Positions 1-9,315 of a stretch of DNA of 55,078 nt are shown in pieces. Every line of letters begins with the position of its first letter. The stretch's first letter is position 1. Source of the DNA: an uncultured Bacillales bacterium (GTDB lineage Bacteria > Bacillota_I > Bacilli_A > RF39 > UBA660); contig CAMJTE010000001.1 in the NCBI GenBank assembly GCA_946408655.1, positions 1-55,078 of the forward strand, read 5' to 3'. Both the position numbers and the translations under genes were made by a program. Under the pieces are notes generated by a model. That model was not told the DNA's origin, did not search any database, and was given only the letters and a program-made list of their open reading frames with translations.

Positions 1-333
1 TGCTGGTGATCACTTATCTTAATTTATTTAAAATTTTAGTTACAGTTTTGTGACTATTATAAATTGTGATAATCCATTATAAATACTAGCATTTGCCTCG
101 ATTGATATTTTTAAGATAATTGGATAATTTATCAAAAAAATCCCATTTTTTCAATAAAAATATGTAATTTTATTAATGTTAATCCATACAAAGTGTTGGT
201 TTTATTAGTGTTTAAGTCACAAAACTGTAACAAATTTTAACGCTTTTTTTGGCGTCTTTTTAGCATGAACTAATTTATGCGAAGAAAAAAATATATGATT
301 ATTTTTTATCCAATATTCATATATTTTATCTTT

Positions 334-2457
334 TTAAATTAATTTACTCTTTTTTGCTGATTCATTATCTATAAGAAAATCTACTGTATGTTTTTCTTTT
401 GATGCTGCTTTAACTACCACTTTTATTGTGTCTCCTAATCTAAAGCCTCTTTTATTTCTTTTTCCTACTAATGAGAATGTATCCTCATTATATTCGTAAT
501 AATCTCCTTTAATATCTTCTACTCTAATTAATCCTTCTATTAAATTAGGTAATTCTACAAATATACCAAAACTCATTACTCCTGATATTACTCCCTCGAA
601 ATGCTCACCTATATGTTTTTCCATATATTCAGCTTTCTTCATATCATCTACTTCTCGTTCACATTCAATACTATTTCTTTCTTTTAATGAAGAATGTTCT
701 GCAACAAATGGCAATTTTGCTTCCCAATGTTTAATAGTTTCTTTATTTAAATTCTTATTAAATAAATATGTGTGTAATAATCTATGAACTGTTGTATCAG
801 GATATCTTCTAATCGGAGATGTAAAATGGGTATAACACTTACTTGCTAAGCCAAAGTGTCCAATATTTTTTGTATCATATACTGCTTTTTGCATACTTCT
901 TAAGAGTTCTTTAGACATCATAGAATACTCTTTGGCATCTTTTAATTGCTCTAATATTCCTTGCATAGCCTTAGGAGTAATCTTATTTATTTTACCTGTA
1001 ATTGTATAACCTAGAATACTTATATAATGCATAAATTTAGTAATCTTCTCTTCATTAGGTTCACCGTGCACACGATAGATAAACGGATATTCCATATAAA
1101 AGATATGTCTTGCAACAGTTTCATTAGCAGCTATCATAAAGTCTTCTATTAGTTTTTCTCCAGTACCTCTATCCCTTAAAGTTACATCAATAGCTTCTCC
1201 TGCTTCATTTACTATAATCTTAGATTCATCTAAATCAAAATCTATATAGCCTTTTTCTACTTTATTTTTTCTAAGAATATCTGCAAGTTTCTTCATATCT
1301 TTTAAAGTGTCCGCATACTTTTCATAACCCTCTGGTATTATATCTTCTTCTAATATTTTATTTACTTTCTTATAAGTCATTTGAATATTAGATTTAATTA
1401 CACTTTCAAAAATTTCGTATTCTACTACTTCTCCAGTAGAATCTATTTCCATTTCACATGAGATAGCAAGCCTATCTGCATTAGGATTTAATGAACAGAT
1501 TCCATTAGATAATTTATGGGGTAACATTGGTATTACTCTATCTGCTAAATATACACTAGTGCCTCTATCATACGCTTCTTTATCTAATTCAGTATCTTCT
1601 TTAACATAGTGAGAAACATCAGCAATATGTACTCCTAATTTATAATTACCATTAGATAGTATATCTAGTGATATTGCATCATCTATATCTTTAGTATCGT
1701 CACCGTCTATAGTAAATATCATCTTATTTCTTAAATCAGTTCTACCAATATATTCTTCTTCCATTACTTCACTAGGTAATTTATCTACTTCATACATTAC
1801 TTCTTCAGAAAAAATATCATTAATATCATGTTTTGCAGCAATAGATAATATATCAACTCCTGGATCATTAACATGTCCAATTATCTTAGTAACTTCACCA
1901 TTAAAGTTATGATTATCTATTCTATTTAATAGTTTAACAACTACTTTATGACCTTCTACTACATCTTTTAAACTATTCTTATCTAGTATTACATTAATGT
2001 TTAGCTTATCATCATCTAATTTGAGTTCTAAGTTGTTTTTATTCTTTACTATAGTTCCAACTACATTATCTATTTCTCTTTTAACAACTTTAAGAATTCT
2101 ACCTTCTAAGTCAAAACCTTTCTTAGAAGTAATTTCTGCAATAACTATATCTCCATGAATCGCACCATTCATGTTAGTTGCAGAAACATAGATATCATCC
2201 TTGCCTTCAATATCTACAAAACCATACCCTTTTTTATTTACTATTAATTTACCAGTCTTTAAATGACTATTATCAAATAACATATATTTATCTTTATTAG
2301 TATGGTATACCTTAAGTTCACTCTCTAATTCTTCTAGCTCTTTTAATAACTCTTGTAGGTCATTACTACTATTAAGTTTTAATAAATCATTTATTTCATA
2401 AATACTTAAAGCCTTATTCTCGTTTTTTAATATATCTATTATTCTATCTTTCATCAC
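334..2457 (-). CDS. rnr: Ribonuclease R (RNase II/R family 3'-5' exoribonuclease)
   Basis: 707 aa. RNB catalytic motifs (TIDGDDTKDIDDAISL; HFGLASKCYTHFTSPIRRYPD). Cold-shock-like N-terminal region, S1-like C-terminal domain, Lys-rich tail. Confidence 0.9.
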   Translation of the reverse strand: MMKDRIIDILKNENKALSIYEINDLLKLNSSNDLQELLKELEELESELKVYHTNKDKYMLFDNSHLKTGKLIVNKKGYGFVDIEGKDDIYVSATNMNGAIHGDIVIAEITSKKGFDLEGRILKVVKREIDNVVGTIVKNKNNLELKLDDDKLNINVILDKNSLKDVVEGHKVVVKLLNRIDNHNFNGEVTKIIGHVNDPGVDILSIAAKHDINDIFSEEVMYEVDKLPSEVMEEEYIGRTDLRNKMIFTIDGDDTKDIDDAISLDILSNGNYKLGVHIADVSHYVKEDTELDKEAYDRGTSVYLADRVIPMLPHKLSNGICSLNPNADRLAISCEMEIDSTGEVVEYEIFESVIKSNIQMTYKKVNKILEEDIIPEGYEKYADTLKDMKKLADILRKNKVEKGYIDFDLDESKIIVNEAGEAIDVTLRDRGTGEKLIEDFMIAANETVARHIFYMEYPFIYRVHGEPNEEKITKFMHYISILGYTITGKINKITPKAMQGILEQLKDAKEYSMMSKELLRSMQKAVYDTKNIGHFGLASKCYTHFTSPIRRYPDTTVHRLLHTYLFNKNLNKETIKHWEAKLPFVAEHSSLKERNSIECEREVDDMKKAEYMEKHIGEHFEGVISGVMSFGIFVELPNLIEGLIRVEDIKGDYYEYNEDTFSLVGKRNKRGFRLGDTIKVVVKAASKEKHTVDFLIDNESAKKSKLI

Positions 2458-3545
2458 TCAATCTCCTTTGTATCCATCTCTACTTGATTAATACTATTAA
2501 ATCTCTTAGTAATTTTATCAGTTGTAGTATGAATATCTTTAACGTCTTTACTAACAGTTTCTATACTTCTATATAATTTATCCCAACGTTCTTTATATCT
2601 TTTAAACTCTGTATCAAGTAGTATTAACTCATTATGAATTACTTTTGCATACTTATCTCTTTCAATATTTTTAATTATTACTTGAATAGTAGTTAAAGTA
2701 CTAATTAAAGTAGTAGGACTAGTTATCCACACTCTTTTTTTATAAGCATAATCAAGTATATCATTATGATATGCATTAACCTCGGCAAATAATGCTTCAG
2801 CAGGTAAAAACATAATAGCTTGATCACTAGTTACTCCTGGAATAATATACTTACTACTAATTGCATCAATATGTTTCTTCATATCTATTTTAAATTGTTT
2901 TTCTGCTTGTGTTCTTACATTAACACTATTGTTCTTATCAACCATGATTTGATAACTTTCTAAAGGAAACTTAGAATCAATCGCAATCATACCAAGTGGC
3001 TCTGGAGCAAACAATACTGAATCTGCAATAGTTCCATTTGGAAGTGTATATTGAGTTTGATATATAGTTTTATTATTAATTCCAAACACATTAGATAGGA
3101 TGTGCTCGAGATTTACCTCACCAAATATACCCCTAGTTTTCTTATCAGTAAGTACTCCTTGTAATGAAACAATATCTCCAGATAAACTATCTATCTTCTT
3201 CTGCGCCTCATCTATTTTCGACAATCTTTCAAGCACATTAGTAAATGTTTTATTAGTTCTTTCAAAGTTTTCATCTAATCTAGAATTTACTTTATCATTC
3301 ATTACATTGAGTTTTGTATCCATTCTATCATTTAATTTATCAAAATCTTCATTTATACTGCGTGCAAAATCACTCTTAAAATCACTAATTTCTTTTACTA
3401 CTTCTAATTCTAATCTATTTATCTTTTCTACTAAATCATTATTATTGTTCCTTCTAACTATTAAAACAACTACTAATATAAGTAATACAACTAACAAACC
3501 AATTATTAAATATTCCATCTTATCACCATCTTCATTATAGTACAT
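2454..3545 (-). CDS. rmuC: DNA recombination protein RmuC
   Basis: 363 aa. N-terminal TM helix, long coiled coil, then a RmuC-type nuclease-like core (IAIDSKFPLESY, MFLPAEALFAE). 4-nt overlap with the rnr start. Confidence 0.8.
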   Translation of the reverse strand: MYYNEDGDKMEYLIIGLLVVLLILVVVLIVRRNNNNDLVEKINRLELEVVKEISDFKSDFARSINEDFDKLNDRMDTKLNVMNDKVNSRLDENFERTNKTFTNVLERLSKIDEAQKKIDSLSGDIVSLQGVLTDKKTRGIFGEVNLEHILSNVFGINNKTIYQTQYTLPNGTIADSVLFAPEPLGMIAIDSKFPLESYQIMVDKNNSVNVRTQAEKQFKIDMKKHIDAISSKYIIPGVTSDQAIMFLPAEALFAEVNAYHNDILDYAYKKRVWITSPTTLISTLTTIQVIIKNIERDKYAKVIHNELILLDTEFKRYKERWDKLYRSIETVSKDVKDIHTTTDKITKRFNSINQVEMDTKEIE

Positions 3546-3579
3546 TTGTACATTTTAAGCAAGAAAAAAACAGAATATT

Positions 3580-3873
3580 TTACTCTGTTAAAATCCATGC
3601 TTCATACCCACCAATAATATTAATTAAATTATAACCTTTACTATTTAATATATTACATAATTGCATACTCTTTATACCCTTTTGACAATAGACATAATAT
3701 GCTTTATTAATATCTAAATACTTATCAGGATTATAAATCAATTTATTAAAGGGAATATTACAAGCATTTAATATATGATTATCATTATACTTTTCTTCAC
3801 TTCTTATATCTATAATATTAACACTACCTAATTTTCTTAAATCATTTACTGTAATACTATTCAATATAATCAC
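3580..3873 (-). CDS. Single-domain rhodanese-like sulfurtransferase
   Basis: 97 aa. Active-site loop YCQKGIKS and the GGYEAW motif typical of small rhodanese proteins. Confidence 0.75.
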   Translation of the reverse strand: MIILNSITVNDLRKLGSVNIIDIRSEEKYNDNHILNACNIPFNKLIYNPDKYLDINKAYYVYCQKGIKSMQLCNILNSKGYNLINIIGGYEAWILTE

Positions 3874-3897
3874 CCTTATATTATATGCAATTAAATA

Positions 3898-5736
3898 TTA
3901 TTTATTATAATTGGGTCTATAAAATCCATTAATTCTTTGCTTAGAACTTGCGTCACTTCCACAATAATCTGAGGAATATGTTCCTTTCGAAACAACGTTA
4001 CCTTTATTACCTTCAACAGTATGTATAGTTCCATCTTCTTCTACTTCAACAACAAATCCAATATGACTACTTAAATATTGATCACGATCATTAAATCCAG
4101 AAATAGGTGGATAAGACTCGGTAGTTCTTAAAGGATATGGAATGTACAAGCCAGAATAACCATATTCTGGATCAAAAACAATTAAATCACCCGGACGCGG
4201 CTTAGTATTTTTATCATAACATTCATCTTCATACCAAGTTCCTAATCCTTTTTTTACCGATTCCCTTACTATTCCATCTGCTGTAGCATCTTTAACAACT
4301 AATCCTTTTGTCCTACTATCTTGATTAAATAACCACCAAATAAACGCAGCACACCAGTCAGCATCACGTCCTATTTTTATTTCATCTTGATATAATGTGC
4401 CTCCATTCCCTATTTCGCCTTTTGCAATATAAATTAATTTATTTATAATTTCATTTGAATTTGGACTAGAAGATTCATAATTATTTTTCTTTGTAGCACT
4501 TATATAACATTGAGTGCCATCCAAGTTACCTACACTACATTTATAATTGTTTTCTTCAACAGGTTTTATATAACATCCTAATCCAATTAAACTTCCTTTT
4601 TCACATTTATAGTTAGAATTTTTTCTTGCATTTATATAACATTTACCATTGTATAAATCACCAAGACCACATTTATAATTGTTTTTTATATATGCATCTA
4701 TATAACATTGAGTGCCATCAACATTTCCAACACTACATTTATAGTTGTTTTCTTTACTTGCATTTGTATAACATCGTGTACCGTCCAAGTTCCCAACACT
4801 ACATTTATAATTGTTTTTCTCAGTAGCTTTTATATAACATCGAGTACCTTTTAAATTTCCTATACTACATTTATAATTGTTTTCTTTACTTGCATTTGTA
4901 TAACATTGTGTACCGTCCAAATTCCCGACACTACATTTATAATTGTTATTTACAATTAAATCTTTGTAACACATTTTGCCTTTTTTATCTCCACCAGAAG
5001 AACAAACATATTGATTTGTTGTACCAACAATTTTCGATGCGCTTCTAACACATTGATTGCCTTTTTTATCCCAGCCTGTTGGGCATTTGTATGTTGGGGT
5101 ATTGGTTGCAATACGATAACATTTAGAACTATATAATTTCCAACCCTTTGGACAACTATATTTTGGAGTACTAGTTGCACTCCTGTAACAATTACCGCCT
5201 TCTTTTCTCCAACCATCTGGGCATTTATATGATGGATAATTTACTGCACTTCTATAGCACTTAGAGCCATATAAACTCCAGCCTCTTGGGCAACTATATT
5301 TTGGAGTATTAGTTGCACTCCTGTAACACTTTGTAGCATATCTCCTCCACCCACTTGGGCAATCATATTCAGGTGTATTGGTTGCATTTCTATAACATTT
5401 TTCACCTAATAATCTCCAACCCTTTATACAACTATATGTAGTAGTGCTAGTTGCACTTTTATAACATTGATTACCTTTTCTTATCCAACCAGTTGGACAA
5501 TTATATGTTAGATTATTAGTTGCACTTCGATAACACTTAGTTCCTTTTTTATTCCAACCATCAGGACAAGAATAACCATCGAAATCAGAGATTGAGTCGT
5601 TTTTTAATAAATTATAATTATTTAGAAAATAAAGTGCGCCAAGAAGGATAAAAAAACAAACAATAATTATAGCAGTTGCTTTTTTACGTTTTTTTCCATT
5701 ATTTTCCATTAAGACATGAACAACTTTTCTTTTCAT
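3898..5736 (-). CDS. Membrane-anchored or secreted cell-wall hydrolase: 16 two-Cys mini-repeats plus a C-terminal CHAP amidase/peptidase domain
   Basis: 612 aa. N-terminal basic and TM segment. Residues 55-419 are 22-23 aa repeats (Y-x-C-P-x-G-W-x3-G-x-x-C-Y, then Y-K-C-S-V-G-N-L-D-G-T-x-C-Y). CHAP motifs DWCAAFIWWLFNQ, GDLIVFD, SHIGFVVEV..HTVEGN. GGAG RBS 8 nt upstream. Confidence 0.8.
   Translation of the reverse strand: MKRKVVHVLMENNGKKRKKATAIIIVCFFILLGALYFLNNYNLLKNDSISDFDGYSCPDGWNKKGTKCYRSATNNLTYNCPTGWIRKGNQCYKSATSTTTYSCIKGWRLLGEKCYRNATNTPEYDCPSGWRRYATKCYRSATNTPKYSCPRGWSLYGSKCYRSAVNYPSYKCPDGWRKEGGNCYRSATSTPKYSCPKGWKLYSSKCYRIATNTPTYKCPTGWDKKGNQCVRSASKIVGTTNQYVCSSGGDKKGKMCYKDLIVNNNYKCSVGNLDGTQCYTNASKENNYKCSIGNLKGTRCYIKATEKNNYKCSVGNLDGTRCYTNASKENNYKCSVGNVDGTQCYIDAYIKNNYKCGLGDLYNGKCYINARKNSNYKCEKGSLIGLGCYIKPVEENNYKCSVGNLDGTQCYISATKKNNYESSSPNSNEIINKLIYIAKGEIGNGGTLYQDEIKIGRDADWCAAFIWWLFNQDSRTKGLVVKDATADGIVRESVKKGLGTWYEDECYDKNTKPRPGDLIVFDPEYGYSGLYIPYPLRTTESYPPISGFNDRDQYLSSHIGFVVEVEEDGTIHTVEGNKGNVVSKGTYSSDYCGSDASSKQRINGFYRPNYNK
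4480..5574 (-). repeat. In-frame coding tandem repeat array (66/69-bp period, 16 units)
   Basis: Repeat units were counted from the translation. Some DNA copies are near-identical: about 4745-4815 versus 4877-4947 differ at 3 positions. Confidence 0.85.
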
Positions 5737-5759
5737 ATATACTCCTACTTTCTAAAAAT

Positions 5760-5788
5760 ATAATAACACATAATAACTATAATATCAA
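5760..5788 (-). promoter_or_regulatory. Candidate sigma-A promoter of the repeat-CHAP gene
   Basis: Minus strand reads TTGATA, a 17-nt spacer, then TATTAT with TG at the extended -10 position. It lies about 25 nt upstream of the start codon. Confidence 0.45.
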
Positions 5789-5808
5789 CAAATTTATTTA
5801 TTGTAAAA

Positions 5809-6989
5809 CTCATTATTTGCAGAGAGTGCCTAATTAATGTATAATAATTGATATAGTTATACATTGATGAGCAACTGTGCAATTATGACGTGGTGGTCCT
5901 CTGCATAGTTGTTCATCAATGTAGAGAGGATCACCAAATATGAAAATTAGAAATAAAATTGATAACTCAAGGAGAAAAACTCCTTGGGATGATAATGCAT
6001 CACTTACTGCTACGCAAAAATTTATTAAAATAAAATATGAAGAAAATTATTGTTTTAAGCATCCCAATTTGTTATTAACAAAGGAATTTGAACTATTAAA
6101 CTCTATAAAAATAGATGAATGCCGAAGATGTGGAACTAAAAACATCAGAAAAAAAGGTTTCTCTAGAAATAATGTTCAAATGTATTACTGTAATGAATGT
6201 GAGCGACACTTTGAACCAACAACTAATACTATTTTTGAAGAGCACAAAATTTCAATAACGGAGTGGATAGAGTTTTTGCTTGACTTATTTAATTACGGAA
6301 GCACGTCATTAGTATCTAAGGTTAACAAGAATTGTATTAATACTTCCAGATATTGGTTAACGAAAACCTTCTTAGTATTAAAAGATTATCAGCAATCTAT
6401 TCTTTTAAAAGGCACAGTATATGTTGATGAATTTTACTATAAAGTTATACAAAGTAAAATTATAACTAAAGATGGTAAGCAACTTAGAGGATTATCGAAA
6501 AATCAATTTTGTATTGGTTTAGGCTATGATAAAGAAAATATTATTGCTATTCTTGAAGGTGTTGGAAAACCAAGCGAAAATAAAACAAAATTAGCTTTTA
6601 TAGATCATATAAAAACTAATTCAAAACTAATTCATGATGAAGAGAAAAGTCATAAAGTATTAATTGATGAACTTAATCTTACAGATGAATCATATAATTC
6701 TAATGATTTGAAAAAACTTGATGATAAAAATAATCCTTTACAACCAATAAATCATATTTGTGATTTATTAAGAAAGTTTTTAAACTCACATAGTGGATTT
6801 GATAGAGACAATTTACAAGATTATCTTAATCTATTCTGTTTTATGCATAACGGTTATAAAAGTAATTTGGAAAGAATTGATAAACTATTGAATATAGCTT
6901 TAAATAAAAAAGTAAGGTTAAAATATCGTGAAATGTTTAAAAAACGTGATAATGATTGAGGTTGTCAGGCACTTTCTGCAAATAATGAG
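5809..6989 (+). mobile_element. IS1595-family insertion sequence
   Basis: 22-bp terminal inverted repeats (5809-5830 ctcattatttgcagagagtgcc; 6968-6989 is its reverse complement with 1 mismatch). Flanked by a perfect 12-bp direct repeat tttattgtaaaa (5797-5808 and 6990-7001). Single transposase ORF. Confidence 0.8.
5940..6959 (+). CDS. IS1595-family DDE transposase with N-terminal zinc ribbon
   Basis: 339 aa. CRRCG..x17..CNECERHF zinc ribbon followed by TNTIFEEHKISITEW, then a DDE-type core (VYVDEFYY). RBS GAGAGGA upstream. Confidence 0.8.
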   Translation: MKIRNKIDNSRRKTPWDDNASLTATQKFIKIKYEENYCFKHPNLLLTKEFELLNSIKIDECRRCGTKNIRKKGFSRNNVQMYYCNECERHFEPTTNTIFEEHKISITEWIEFLLDLFNYGSTSLVSKVNKNCINTSRYWLTKTFLVLKDYQQSILLKGTVYVDEFYYKVIQSKIITKDGKQLRGLSKNQFCIGLGYDKENIIAILEGVGKPSENKTKLAFIDHIKTNSKLIHDEEKSHKVLIDELNLTDESYNSNDLKKLDDKNNPLQPINHICDLLRKFLNSHSGFDRDNLQDYLNLFCFMHNGYKSNLERIDKLLNIALNKKVRLKYREMFKKRDND

Positions 6990-7109
6990 TTTATTGTAAA
7001 AGTTCTGTTCAATCTTTTGACTGATGATGTTATAAACAAGTTGTATTACCTATAAAACAATGTATTGATATATCTACTTATCAGTAATTTGCTTGAACAC
7101 AGCCATTGT

Positions 7110-7151
7110 AAAAAAAAGATTTACATATAGAAATTAACCTATATGTAAATC
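7110..7151 (-). terminator. Rho-independent terminator after the coupling-protein gene
   Basis: Perfect 13-bp stem (gatttacatatag / ctatatgtaaatc), 8-nt loop, followed on the minus strand by T8. Confidence 0.85.
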
Positions 7152-7156
7152 CTTTA

Positions 7157-9304
7157 TCACTCACTAAAGAAGTCATCAAAGAATTGATCATCTGTTACTC
7201 CACCATTCTGTTTTTCTTTTGTACTAGACTTATCAGGAGTAATAACTTCTTCGATATCAGCATCAATAACTTTTTTAGAATCATCCACACTCTTTTTTTC
7301 GTCAGATTTATTCTCAGATTTTTGTTCTTGTTCTTTTCTTTCTTCTTCTTCAAGTTCGGCAATTTTAGCATCTATTCTTTTTACCATTTCATCAATATTA
7401 AATGAATTATTATTAGGTTTTGATGATCCACCACCAAAAGGATTTGCACCCATTCCACCTAGTCCTGAAGGCATTCCATTCATTCCAGGAAGTCCAGGTA
7501 ATCCTGGTAGTCCTCCCGGCATCCCACCAAATCCACCAAGTGGTAATCCTCCACCAGTAGGATTAGGGCCACCGGAACCTAACATATTATTTATTTTATC
7601 TTCTCTTTTCTTTTCTACAAAACCTTTTAAATCAAAAACCTTCACAGGTAATTTTTCATGAACAGGATAAGTTGCCTTAGGATAATTAACTCCCCAATCC
7701 ATCTTAAAATTAGGTGTTAGTTTTGTTTTAAATGGCATCATACGAATTCTAAGAACAATAGTTTCCCACATTTTCATACGTTGTAAGTCACTTACAGTAA
7801 CTAACGGAGTTGATGAGGTTTTCTCTTTTTCCTTAGATTTAACTTCACCACACATTTTACTAATCTCTTCAAGTGCAGAAAGTTCAGAACTAATTAAATA
7901 AATAATATTACCACAGTTACCTTTTATAGTCTCTCCATTTTCTTTACCATAAACTTCATAAAGCTGAGCAAAGTTCTGAATAATAAAAGTAAATCTAATA
8001 TTTCTTGAACGAGCTGCAGTAACCATTGTAGTAACATCTTTTAAAGGAGGCATATTAGCAAACTCATCTAGAATAAAGTTAGTTCTATGAGGTAATTTTC
8101 CTCCACTTTCTTGTGCAACAGAAATCAACGTTTCATAACATTGCTTTAGAAATATTGTAACTAATGCATGATAAGTTTTCTTTTCATCTTGAATAACTAT
8201 AAATACAGCTGTTTTCTTTCTACCAATATCACGCATATCGAAGTCATTATGCGCAAGCATTTCAGATAAGTTTTCACGAGAAGCAAACAACTTTATTTTT
8301 TGTTTAAATACTGATAGTATACTTCCTCTAGTTTCATTCGGAGCCATAATTGTTGAAGATGCATTAACATATGCAGGACTAGCAGGATCTTTATAACTAA
8401 AATATTCATTAACATACTTAGTATTACCTATTTTTTCTTCACCAACAGTAGTCATCAAGTTAATACTATTTAAATTTATTTCATCTTCCGCGGCATCTTC
8501 AAACAATCCTAATGATAAACCAGCAAAATAGTCTGCAGAAGTGTTTTCCCAGAATGGATCTTGCCCTTTAGATGATTCATCATAAAGTATATTTTTAGCA
8601 AGGTCATCTAATAACTCATTAGCCTTATCTTGATTACCATTTTGATAAAACGAATATGGTAAACTCATCGGATTCCAAGAATTACCTTGTTGTGGGTCAC
8701 GAAAGTTTAAAAGAACTATGTTATAACCTAAGTCTCTTAACATCTCAGATGTATCTTCAAAAATTTCACCCTTTGGGTCTGTTATAATCATTGATTCATC
8801 ATGCTTACAAAGCAATTGTACCATAGGAAGTACAGTAGTCTGTGTTTTACCTGCACCAGTAGAACCAATAACTAGATTATGGTATCCTCCATCATCAACC
8901 CAAGCTTCCTTTTCATTCATTATGATAGGAATACCAGCAGCATCATTATGTTTAGCCTTAGGATCAACTTTTTTTAATTCCTCTTTCATCTCTTTATCTT
9001 TAGCCCAACGAGAATAGTTTTTTTCTTTTTTAGCACCCACTTCAATTCCAACGCCACTACTTCTTTCAAATATATATGATTTAACACTTATTAAACCAAT
9101 AATTATTCCAATAAAGAACCCTACAATGGTCATTGAAAACATAATTCCATTAGTAAATACTAAGAATATATTTGCAGTAAATGGTTCTTCCTCGACAAAT
9201 GCATTAATATTTACAACTAAAAGTTGTACAACAATAAGCCAAACAAAAGAAAAAATACAGAAAATCAATAAATCTTTAGGCTCGACTCTTAATCTTAGTT
9301 TCAT
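7157..9304 (-). CDS. Type IV coupling protein (VirD4/TraG/TcpA-like)
   Basis: 715 aa. Two N-terminal TM helices. Walker A GSTGAGKTQT, TDPKGE, Walker B-like NFILDEFANMPP. C-terminal Gly/Pro/Met-rich low-complexity segment and acidic-aromatic tail. GGAGG RBS. Confidence 0.85.
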   Translation of the reverse strand: MKLRLRVEPKDLLIFCIFSFVWLIVVQLLVVNINAFVEEEPFTANIFLVFTNGIMFSMTIVGFFIGIIIGLISVKSYIFERSSGVGIEVGAKKEKNYSRWAKDKEMKEELKKVDPKAKHNDAAGIPIIMNEKEAWVDDGGYHNLVIGSTGAGKTQTTVLPMVQLLCKHDESMIITDPKGEIFEDTSEMLRDLGYNIVLLNFRDPQQGNSWNPMSLPYSFYQNGNQDKANELLDDLAKNILYDESSKGQDPFWENTSADYFAGLSLGLFEDAAEDEINLNSINLMTTVGEEKIGNTKYVNEYFSYKDPASPAYVNASSTIMAPNETRGSILSVFKQKIKLFASRENLSEMLAHNDFDMRDIGRKKTAVFIVIQDEKKTYHALVTIFLKQCYETLISVAQESGGKLPHRTNFILDEFANMPPLKDVTTMVTAARSRNIRFTFIIQNFAQLYEVYGKENGETIKGNCGNIIYLISSELSALEEISKMCGEVKSKEKEKTSSTPLVTVSDLQRMKMWETIVLRIRMMPFKTKLTPNFKMDWGVNYPKATYPVHEKLPVKVFDLKGFVEKKREDKINNMLGSGGPNPTGGGLPLGGFGGMPGGLPGLPGLPGMNGMPSGLGGMGANPFGGGSSKPNNNSFNIDEMVKRIDAKIAELEEEERKEQEQKSENKSDEKKSVDDSKKVIDADIEEVITPDKSSTKEKQNGGVTDDQFFDDFFSE

Positions 9305-9315
9305 AATTCCTCCAT

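Noticed and set aside
4480-5574. Regular 66/69-bp DNA periodicity that could be mistaken for a CRISPR array or satellite.
   Set aside because: The repeats are contiguous with no unique spacers. They are in frame and translate into a coherent two-Cys protein repeat inside a 612-aa ORF with a CHAP domain.
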